DNA from: an archaeon
GTDB taxonomy: Archaea > Micrarchaeota > Micrarchaeia > Norongarragalinales > UBA97
Length of the DNA: 30,389 nucleotides
NCBI GenBank assembly: GCA_020057405.1
Contig: JAGVFW010000010.1
Coordinates: 1-30,389, forward strand
Reading direction: 5' to 3'
Shown: positions 16,541 through 24,012 of the stretch, piece after piece
Layout of the letters: each line of letters begins with the position of its first letter
Position numbering within the stretch: position 1 is the first letter of the stretch
Position numbers and translations under genes: made by a program
Notes under the pieces: model-generated
What the model saw: only the letters and a program-made list of their open reading frames with translations
Told to the model about the DNA's origin: nothing
Databases searched by the model: none

Positions 16541-17218
16541 GAGCTTCTTGATCTCGCTTCTGTGTTCCTTGGCGGTCGAGCTGACCGTGTCCTTCATTCC
16601 AAAGCCGATGGCGATTGCACCACCCAAGCCGATTGCCAGGGCGAATGCGCCAACGAGGAGGGTGAAGAACGTGCGGAGAATCTCGACGTCAGCACCGGGC
16701 AGGATGAGCGGCATGGCGATAACAAGCGCCGTGTAGCCCACGAAGACCTTGCCCATCACCGCCATTGCGTTGGGGAAGGGAATGTCCTTCGTCTTGCGTA
16801 GCCTGTCGGTCACGTAGTCGGCGCCCAGCATGGCGATGACTAGGATGACTACGCCTTCAATGAGCCCGGGCAGATAGCCTAGGAACCAAAGGATGATGGT
16901 GTTGAGGAAGCCGAGGTTCGTCACGTCTGCGGCCACGCCAAGGAAGACGGCGAAAGTCGCTACCTTCGTCATGGTGACTAGGATGTCGGTGAAGGTGAAG
17001 CCCATGAGCGCGTCGTCAAGGCCCTTTTGCGCGAGCTTGCGTTCAAGGCGCGTCTCAGCCAAGCCCCTCTTTACTAAAGAAGCGAGGAAGCGAGAGACAA
17101 TGTAGCCGATGCCTAGGAAGATGAGCACGACGATAAAGTCTGCCAACCCCCCGACGAAATTAGAGCCGACGCGGCCCACTACTTCACTCAATCGTTCCTG
17201 AAGGATGTCCAAAGCCAT
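16532..17218 (-). CDS. Membrane protein with conserved TM-helix repeats (mechanosensitive-channel/CmpX-like)
   Basis: Two repeats of the type YLPGLI..VVIL..; C-terminal ALAIGLGGAIAIGFGMKD; GGTGA SD. Confidence 0.78.
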   Translation of the reverse strand: MALDILQERLSEVVGRVGSNFVGGLADFIVVLIFLGIGYIVSRFLASLVKRGLAETRLERKLAQKGLDDALMGFTFTDILVTMTKVATFAVFLGVAADVTNLGFLNTIILWFLGYLPGLIEGVVILVIAMLGADYVTDRLRKTKDIPFPNAMAVMGKVFVGYTALVIAMPLILPGADVEILRTFFTLLVGAFALAIGLGGAIAIGFGMKDTVSSTAKEHRSEIKKLLG

Positions 17219-17328
17219 TTTTCAATCACCTGTGGTGAATAAATTTAGAGCATTACGCCGCGAGCCTTTTTAAACGTGTTGATGCATAAAACTTATTGCA
17301 ACTGTTTCTAACAGAAGGTGGTTTTCAA

Positions 17329-17820
17329 ATGGTTCTCTATCACAAGGCGTCAAAGACAAAATCCAAGGGCACGGGCGGGCTAAAGCGCTCCCAGCGCGAC
17401 AAAATCAAGGTCCACTACGGCGGCTTCTTCGCACGCGCCAAGCTCAACAAGGCAGCCGCAAAGGAAGAGTGGGTCGTCAAGGAATCCAAGGGCGGCTCCA
17501 CTAAAGTGGCTGCCCGAACCGTCATCTACGCCAATGTCGCAATGCCGGGTGGCAAGGTCAAGCGCGTCAAGCTCGACACTGTGACGACCACGCCCGACAA
17601 CCGCATTTACGCCCGCGAGAACATCCTCACCCGCGGTGCCCTCGTCGCTTCCGAAGTAGGCAAGATTCGCATCACCTCCCGGCCCGGCCAGGACGGCAAC
17701 GTCAACGCAGTGCTCGTCGAAGCAGCCGCTGGTGCGCCCACTCAGGCCCACGAGGCGCCCAAGGCAGAGAAGCCAAAGGCACCTAAGGCTGAAAAGGCGC
17801 CCAAGCCCGCCAAGGCCTGA
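17329..17820 (+). CDS. rps8e: 30S ribosomal protein S8e (eS8) with a Lys/Ala/Pro tail
   Basis: GTGG..RDK, YANV, N..YARENILTRGA, ITSRPGQDGNVNAVL; GGTGG SD. Confidence 0.95.
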   Translation: MVLYHKASKTKSKGTGGLKRSQRDKIKVHYGGFFARAKLNKAAAKEEWVVKESKGGSTKVAARTVIYANVAMPGGKVKRVKLDTVTTTPDNRIYARENILTRGALVASEVGKIRITSRPGQDGNVNAVLVEAAAGAPTQAHEAPKAEKPKAPKAEKAPKPAKA

Positions 17821-17866
17821 ATTCCCACTAGCAACCTTTCGTCGCCTGACGAAGAAATAGTGGAAT
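17821..17866 (+). terminator. Stem-loop immediately after rps8e
   Basis: ATTCCCACTA...TAGTGGAAT outer stem with inner TTCGTC-GCCT-GACGAA. Confidence 0.45.
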
Positions 17867-17958
17867 GCAAACATTTTTATTCTGCCATCCGCATACCTAT
17901 TTATACTTAACTCTTCTGTCTGACGCTCTCTAGTAGGGTAGTTACGGCGGTTTTTCAA

Positions 17959-18180
17959 ATGCTATTTAAGGCACTAAAGCCGACGGTAGGTAACCGCCTG
18001 CTCTTGACGAGCGATTCGGGGGAGCCCGTGGCTAGGCCGCGGCCGTTTACCCTCTCAGGCAAAAAAGTTGGTATAATTAGAGAGACGATAGGCGCGGTTG
18101 CAAGCCCGATTTATGTCGCGGATTTGCTCCCTGACGTCGAAATGAAGAAGCTTTTTGGAAAGAAACTGGAGAGTGGTTGA
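17959..18180 (+). CDS. gar1: Gar1/Naf1-like H/ACA RNP protein (divergent)
   Basis: GKKVGIIRETIGAVASPIYV resembles the Gar1 core; conserved position directly upstream of tfb. Confidence 0.72.
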   Translation: MLFKALKPTVGNRLLLTSDSGEPVARPRPFTLSGKKVGIIRETIGAVASPIYVADLLPDVEMKKLFGKKLESG

Positions 18181-18183
18181 GTT

Positions 18184-19083
18184 ATGAGATGCCCGGAATG
18201 CCAGAGCAAGAGCATGTTTCGCGATAACGAGCGCGGAGAGGTAGTCTGCAAGAGCTGCGGCCTAGTCATCGAGGCGGATATGATTCAAGAGGGTCCCGAG
18301 TGGCGTGCTTTTGACGCTGAACAGCGCAACAGCCGCGCCCGTACCGGTGCGCCCCTAAAGTACATGTCGCCCAACAAGGGCTTGGTCACTGAAATCGACC
18401 AGTACAACCGCGACATCCGCGGCGGCAAGATTGCCCCCTCGCAACAGAGCCAGCTTTACCGCATGCGCAAGTGGCACAAGCGCGCAAGCATAAGCAACTC
18501 AATCGAGCGCAACCTCGCGATTGCCCTAACCGAGCTCAACCGCGTTGCCAGCCACCTTGGCTTGCCGGAGAACATCCGCGAGAGCGCGGCTTTTCTCTAC
18601 CGCAGGTGCGTCGAGAAGGGCCTCATCCGTGGTCGCCAAATCGAGAGCGTCGTGAGTGCAGTCATCTACGCAGTCTGCAGGCAGTACGGCATTCCCCGCA
18701 CGCTTGACGAGATTGCAGTTGTCGCTGAAATTCCCAAGAAGGAAATCGGCCGCACGTACAGGCTGATAACTCAGGCGCTTGGACTCAAGGTGCCACTGAC
18801 CAACCCGCGGTTCTACATCAGCCGCTTTGTCACTTCCTTGAAGCTCTCGGGTGAGACGCAGGAAAAAGCAGTCGAACTGCTTGACAAGGCGATTGAGAAG
18901 GGCCTCATCAGCGGCCGCGGCCCGATGGGCGTTGCAGCAGCTGCAGTCTACATAGCGTCAGTCCTCACGGGCGAGCGCAGGACGCAGAAGGAAGTCGCCG
19001 ACGTGGCAGGTGTCACCGAAGTGACCATCCGCAACCGCTACCGCGAGCTCAAGAAGTCACTCGAGCTCAACGTGACCATCTAA
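18184..19083 (+). CDS. tfb: Transcription initiation factor IIB
   Basis: Zn ribbon CPEC..CKSCG, GPEWRAFD, ERNL..A..EL, two cyclin repeats, VTEVTIRNRYREL. Confidence 0.98.
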   Translation: MRCPECQSKSMFRDNERGEVVCKSCGLVIEADMIQEGPEWRAFDAEQRNSRARTGAPLKYMSPNKGLVTEIDQYNRDIRGGKIAPSQQSQLYRMRKWHKRASISNSIERNLAIALTELNRVASHLGLPENIRESAAFLYRRCVEKGLIRGRQIESVVSAVIYAVCRQYGIPRTLDEIAVVAEIPKKEIGRTYRLITQALGLKVPLTNPRFYISRFVTSLKLSGETQEKAVELLDKAIEKGLISGRGPMGVAAAAVYIASVLTGERRTQKEVADVAGVTEVTIRNRYRELKKSLELNVTI

Positions 19084-19093
19084 ACTCCCTTTT

Positions 19094-19128
19094 AGGAGCC
19101 GTTTTTAGGCTCCTCTTCCTACTTTTTC
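19094..19128 (+). terminator. Hairpin and pyrimidine/T tract after tfb
   Basis: AGGAGCC-GTTTTTA-GGCTCCT (19094-19114) followed by CTTCCTACTTTTT. Confidence 0.55.
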
Positions 19129-19131
19129 TAT

Positions 19132-19506
19132 ATGACTAATCCGACGCTTTCAGACCACTTAAGTATTGCCGGCTATCTCGCAACCGTAGGTTTGGGTTTA
19201 GTTGCCGCAAGCTTCAGTGTCAAGCAAGCAGGGCAGGATGGACTTGGTTTGGGCATGCTGGGTTTGTTTTTGCTTTTCTATAGCTTCTTCTATCCGTTTC
19301 TAAATTATCTGCAAGGATGGAAGATGAATGGCCCGTGGCAACTTCCGGTAATTGGTGGAGCTTTGCTATCAGTCTATACTAATAGGAAATGGATTGCGGG
19401 ACCGATTTTGCTTTATTGTGCTATTATTCTGATTCTAGCAATCGTAATTTGGTTAGCAGCGGGTTACGCCCAGTTGCATAACTTCTTCAGTTCTATTCGG
19501 TGGTGA
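19132..19506 (+). CDS. Hypothetical membrane protein (AT-richer segment)
   Basis: 124 aa with about four hydrophobic segments. Confidence 0.65.
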   Translation: MTNPTLSDHLSIAGYLATVGLGLVAASFSVKQAGQDGLGLGMLGLFLLFYSFFYPFLNYLQGWKMNGPWQLPVIGGALLSVYTNRKWIAGPILLYCAIILILAIVIWLAAGYAQLHNFFSSIRW

Positions 19507-19510
19507 TTTA

Positions 19511-20218
19511 ATGTTTTGTTGGAAACGGCTTGATACACTCAAACTGATTTACGTAGTTCTATTCGCATTCGGGCTTGCCTTTTTTACAGCAGGTTTGTCG
19601 TTGGTCCTAATCTCGATTTCTACCCCTCCAGTTGTGTCCACTCAAAATAATGACTTTAGTCAGTGGCTTAACGTCTTGAATTATTTAGTTGCTGGCGGAG
19701 GCGTTTTCATAGCCGCTGGCGCTTTCTTGTTATCGTCAGCTTGGGAAAGCATGGGCAATATTGGGCGGCAAGAGAATTTGCTGGCATCCATAGCCGTGCA
19801 GCTTCGTTTTTTTGGAGATACTAAGCGAATGAAAGTGCTAAACCAGTTCGAGAGGATTTCACTTTTGAGTTGGTTTCTTGAAACACTAGGGGACCCTAAC
19901 CGAGGGATTCCCGCTCACTCTGGAGAAGTTATTTCGGCTACTTATTACGCAAACGAGTTACGTCCTGGCATAGGCAAGAGGGAGGCTGTCAGAAAACTAA
20001 TCGAGGCGCTTTATTTCATTCAACACAAGCAGTTGATGATTAATTATTGGATAGATAAGTCTTTGACTCTCGCCATAGCCGGAAAGAAAAAGTCGAAAGC
20101 AGCCAAAATCGCAAACAAGCTAGTTGTCGACGCTTCGAAGGAAGCTCGCGAGGCTTGCGAACTGACAATTGAGCACATTCGAAAAGAGTTTGGCGTTGAC
20201 GTAACTTTGTCCAGTTAG
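19511..20218 (+). CDS. Hypothetical protein with two N-terminal TM helices (AT-richer segment)
   Basis: 235 aa; GGTGA SD overlapping the upstream stop codon. Confidence 0.7.
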   Translation: MFCWKRLDTLKLIYVVLFAFGLAFFTAGLSLVLISISTPPVVSTQNNDFSQWLNVLNYLVAGGGVFIAAGAFLLSSAWESMGNIGRQENLLASIAVQLRFFGDTKRMKVLNQFERISLLSWFLETLGDPNRGIPAHSGEVISATYYANELRPGIGKREAVRKLIEALYFIQHKQLMINYWIDKSLTLAIAGKKKSKAAKIANKLVVDASKEAREACELTIEHIRKEFGVDVTLSS

Positions 20219-21369
20219 ATCTCGCGATTTTGTTTCTTTAGCGAAGCGTCAAACGCCTTCTTCAAGCCGGCAACCGGTGCGTTAGTTCTAAATCCAGTTG
20301 GCGAGAAGTGAGTGTAGCTCGCAGTGAATCCTGCTTTCCTTAGCTGAGCGAGCAGTTCGTCGCTCTTGGGCGAGTGGACTTTCCACAACTTGGAGAGTTC
20401 GTGGACTGAATAGAAGAGTGGCTGCATGTCGTTTTCCTCAAGCATTAGCGTAAGCGCCGTGCGCAGCTGTTCCTTTTGCGTGTAGTTGCGTTTTTCGTTG
20501 ATTTCAATTGCCTTCTTCACAATTTCCGCGTCATTGAGCTTGCCTTTCCACATTGGTCCCGCGTAGTTGGTCTTGCCGCCGCATTTGCACGCTTCTGGAA
20601 AGTCGGAGAACCATCTGCTGCCGCACTTGCTGCAGAGATTGGCGTAGGCGAACTGCTTCATTGCGAAGTCGGCCTTTGCAGAACTCTTTTCGCAAAGCAC
20701 CATCGCCTTTATCGCGTGACCCTGGTAGAAGCAGAAGAGCGGCGTGATGCCGTAGTCACGCAAGGCGAGTGCCTCAGCCATCTTCTTGAGCAGAATCCGT
20801 ACGGCTATTTCGTGGGAAAATTCGCAGCGCATTGGCTTGCTTGAGTAGTTCCTTATGCAGGTTGCAGGCTCATTGCCGCAGAGCTTTGCGAGGTCGGTGC
20901 CGGTCGCGCTGATGATGCCTGACTTGCCAAGCAGCATGGAGGCGCCTTCAAGGAAGAACGCGGGCGTGCCAAACGGGTCGAGTTCAACAAAATCATAGCG
21001 CTCGTCTGCGCTTGCGACGAATTCGTGGAATTTCTTCCCTGCGATTTTGGTTTTCTTGAGCTTGTTGGCCTTGATGTTCTGCTTTAGGAGCTTGACTGCA
21101 TCGGGGTTTGCCTCGATGAACGTCACTGCAATGCCCGGGTTATCTGTCGCATAGCGGATGCCGCGCGCACCCGTGCCGGCGAGGCCGTCAACGAGCGTTT
21201 TTTCCGGCATGAGCTGCATGAGCGCGCCAAGCCCCACGCTTGCCATTGAGCGGTTGAATGACATTCTGGGGTTGTAGAATGCGCTTTTGTGGAAGGGGTC
21301 GTCGCTTGCGCCTGCGGGGACTAGGAGAACTGCCTTTTCTTCCCGGATTTTCTCGAGCTTCATGGTCAT
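20215..21369 (-). CDS. trm1: tRNA (guanine26-N2)-dimethyltransferase
   Basis: FYNPRM..NR, DGLAGTGARGIRY, ELDPFGTP, TDLA.LCG, HEIAVRILL, CxxC..CxC Zn site, GPMW.G, THFSPTGFRTNA. Start 21369 or 21363. Confidence 0.95.
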   Translation of the reverse strand: MTMKLEKIREEKAVLLVPAGASDDPFHKSAFYNPRMSFNRSMASVGLGALMQLMPEKTLVDGLAGTGARGIRYATDNPGIAVTFIEANPDAVKLLKQNIKANKLKKTKIAGKKFHEFVASADERYDFVELDPFGTPAFFLEGASMLLGKSGIISATGTDLAKLCGNEPATCIRNYSSKPMRCEFSHEIAVRILLKKMAEALALRDYGITPLFCFYQGHAIKAMVLCEKSSAKADFAMKQFAYANLCSKCGSRWFSDFPEACKCGGKTNYAGPMWKGKLNDAEIVKKAIEINEKRNYTQKEQLRTALTLMLEENDMQPLFYSVHELSKLWKVHSPKSDELLAQLRKAGFTASYTHFSPTGFRTNAPVAGLKKAFDASLKKQNREI

Positions 21370-21422
21370 TAGTGTTTTAATGCTGTTGCAAGCATAAGAA
21401 CCTTAGTAGGTGAGATTTCCAA

Positions 21423-21902
21423 ATGTATGCTTTCATCAGGGCTTTCGTCAATTCCAGTGACGTACTTTCGACGCACCTTGACCTCAAGGTAATGCCGCGC
21501 CATGCCACTTTCGCCCTTACGGGCTACATTGAGCTGAAAAAGTACGAGAAAGTCGAGGCGGGCGAGGACCCTCACGCCGGTGGCCACACGAAGCAAATCA
21601 AGGCCTTCCTAAAGGCACTGCCGGAAGGCGAGGCCGTGATGGTTTCGGTAAAGACTCACCCCTCATTGCGCATGGGAAAAGAGCTTTCCTATGAATTCAG
21701 CGTCGGCCGCAAGTTCGACTCCGAGGCCCAGATGCAAATCGAGGTCGAGAAGCTCCGCAAGGATTTGCTCATCGACGAGTACACTGCACCCGTCTTCAAG
21801 CACAAGGAGGAAATGTGGGTCTCGAGCGACAACCCCAATGCGGGTAAGGAAAGCGTGGTGCTGCCTGTGAAGAAGGATAATTCGGGCGTCGATTCCTGCT
21901 AA
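21423..21902 (+). CDS. Hypothetical protein
   Basis: 159 aa, AGGTGA SD, codon usage like neighbouring core genes, operonic with the DHH gene. Confidence 0.75.
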   Translation: MYAFIRAFVNSSDVLSTHLDLKVMPRHATFALTGYIELKKYEKVEAGEDPHAGGHTKQIKAFLKALPEGEAVMVSVKTHPSLRMGKELSYEFSVGRKFDSEAQMQIEVEKLRKDLLIDEYTAPVFKHKEEMWVSSDNPNAGKESVVLPVKKDNSGVDSC

Positions 21903-21911
21903 GTGATTTAA

Positions 21912-22814
21912 TTGCCAGCCCTCTACACCCACACTGACTTTGACGGCGTAGTTTCCGCAGTTCTCGTCACTAGCGGAGACGATGTTTCCGAGGTTCGTTT
22001 TGCAGAGCCCGACGACATCCAGCAAAAGCGAATCGACATCCCGAAGGGCTCAATCATCGCAGACCTGCCTTTTCACCACAACGCGGGCAAGTGGTTTGAC
22101 CACCACGCGTCATCCGCAGGCGCAAAGGCCCCTGACGGCAAGTTCGACCCCCACGCCAAAAGCGCCGGCCGCGTCATCCTCGACTACTACGAGAATCCTT
22201 ATCTCAACAAGAAGTTCGGCGACTTAGTCGACGCGTGCGATAAAATTGACTCCGCGTCTTTTACCGAAGACGACATCCGCTCCCCGTCAGGCTATTACTT
22301 GCTTTCTTTTGCCCTTGACGCTGATGACACTGCCTCCGACGCGATGAACTTCCGTCGCTGGCTCATCGAGGCGATAAAGAAAAACTCCCTCGAACAGCTG
22401 CTGGCAATGCCTGAAGTGAAGACTCGCGTGGAGAAAGTGATGGCGCGGCGCGAGCGAATGGCGGCCGAACTCGAGCGATTCACCACCGTTCACGGCAGAG
22501 TATGCGTGATTGACGGCCGGGAATTACCTGCAGAGTTTGCAGGCGGTGGGACAAAGTTCCTTTCCTATTTGCTTCACCCGCAGTGCATCGCAAGCATCAA
22601 AATCAGGAAAGGCCGGCTTGAGGGCAACACTGACTTTAGCATGGGCGAGAACATCTTCTATCCAGAGCGGGGCAAGCTTGACCTGGGTGCGATTGCGCGT
22701 CGGCATGGCGGGGGCGGACATCGCGCAGCGGCAGGCTTTCGTGTTGCCGAAGCGCTTGCAGACTCGATTCTGGAGGCAGTTGTTGCCGAGATTAACGCCT
22801 TTCCCACTGGATAG
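21912..22814 (+). CDS. DHH/DHHA1-family phosphoesterase (nanoRNase/exopolyphosphatase-like)
   Basis: HTDFDGVVS, IADLP, WFDHH, GGGGHRAAAG. Confidence 0.9.
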   Translation: MPALYTHTDFDGVVSAVLVTSGDDVSEVRFAEPDDIQQKRIDIPKGSIIADLPFHHNAGKWFDHHASSAGAKAPDGKFDPHAKSAGRVILDYYENPYLNKKFGDLVDACDKIDSASFTEDDIRSPSGYYLLSFALDADDTASDAMNFRRWLIEAIKKNSLEQLLAMPEVKTRVEKVMARRERMAAELERFTTVHGRVCVIDGRELPAEFAGGGTKFLSYLLHPQCIASIKIRKGRLEGNTDFSMGENIFYPERGKLDLGAIARRHGGGGHRAAAGFRVAEALADSILEAVVAEINAFPTG

Positions 22815-22854
22815 CCATAACCCTTATTAGCTGTGGCCGGAGAAAGAAGGGCTT

Positions 22855-24012
22855 GTGACAGAATTTCGCCTGACCGAGCCGGGGCAACTCAAAAAACTCC
22901 CGCCCGGAACCCATTTTGTATTGTTTTCCGAGGAAGTCGCGCCAACGGCAGAGCTATTGTCGGACATTTCGGACAACCATCGCCTCGTCAGGGCCATACT
23001 CATTTCAAAAAAGCACGAGCAAACATTGCCGCAGGACTTCAAGTCCGTGCTCAGGCCTAACCTAGTCGTCCACTCCATTCCCGACTCGGACGAGGCAAAA
23101 AGCAGGTTGGAATACCGTTTTGAAAACCTAAGAAAGCGCGCCAGGTCCCTACCCGAAGAAATCCGGGAGAAGCACGAGCGTGAATTGGATTCTGCAATCT
23201 CGCTTTTCCAGGCCAACGGGCGTCATGCGGAGGCCGAGCTGCTAACTGTTGCCCTGCGGGCAATTAACCCAGAGGCCAAGGCCGAAGGATTCGGGTTTAA
23301 CCTGGATGCCGTGGAGCGCGTGCACAGGGCAACAAGGGCAATAGATTTCCTCTCCCGGATTGACGTGCGAAAAATCCTCGAGGCGGCTATAAAACCAGGG
23401 CACGAAGCCGACGTCGCGCCAAGCGGCCTTACTGTGGCGCACATTGGAACAGGAGGCGAAGCGGATTTTATTCCCGGCTATTACCAAGTCCGGCCCGCGT
23501 ACCTTGGCACGTCTTTGGGGTACACGAACTTCAACTTGTTTGACGAAAAGCGCCTGCATATCCTGCAGCTTTTGCCGAGTACGACCCAGCGCATCAGCAA
23601 ACTGACTCAAATGCATCCGAAAAGCGATTTGCTAGGCTGGCGTTACGTTAATCTGAACTTGGCTCTCGTTTTGGCCGAGGCAATTGGCGCCGAGAAGTTA
23701 AGCGTCGAGACGAAAAACTTGAGCGAAGAGGCCGAGGAGGAGCTGGTTAAGTACTTGAAGGAAGGCTGGACTGATGAACAAGAAGTCATCCATCCGGGGC
23801 CGCATGACCTTGCTGGAATCCATCCCTGGCGGCCAGTTGACGAAGAAGGAAAAATCGTCCGCTCGAAAAAAGACGGCCAAGAAGTCGTCCGCTACGAACA
23901 CAGTGTTTCTGGGCATAAAATCCTTGAGCAGTTCGGCCTGAAAACCATCGCGCCTAGGCGGATTGTAAAGAAGGCAGGCAGCCGAATCTCCAAACCTAAA
24001 ACTAGCCTTTAG
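22855..24012 (+). CDS. Hypothetical protein
   Basis: 385-aa ORF filling the gap; no motif recognised. Confidence 0.7.
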   Translation: MTEFRLTEPGQLKKLPPGTHFVLFSEEVAPTAELLSDISDNHRLVRAILISKKHEQTLPQDFKSVLRPNLVVHSIPDSDEAKSRLEYRFENLRKRARSLPEEIREKHERELDSAISLFQANGRHAEAELLTVALRAINPEAKAEGFGFNLDAVERVHRATRAIDFLSRIDVRKILEAAIKPGHEADVAPSGLTVAHIGTGGEADFIPGYYQVRPAYLGTSLGYTNFNLFDEKRLHILQLLPSTTQRISKLTQMHPKSDLLGWRYVNLNLALVLAEAIGAEKLSVETKNLSEEAEEELVKYLKEGWTDEQEVIHPGPHDLAGIHPWRPVDEEGKIVRSKKDGQEVVRYEHSVSGHKILEQFGLKTIAPRRIVKKAGSRISKPKTSL

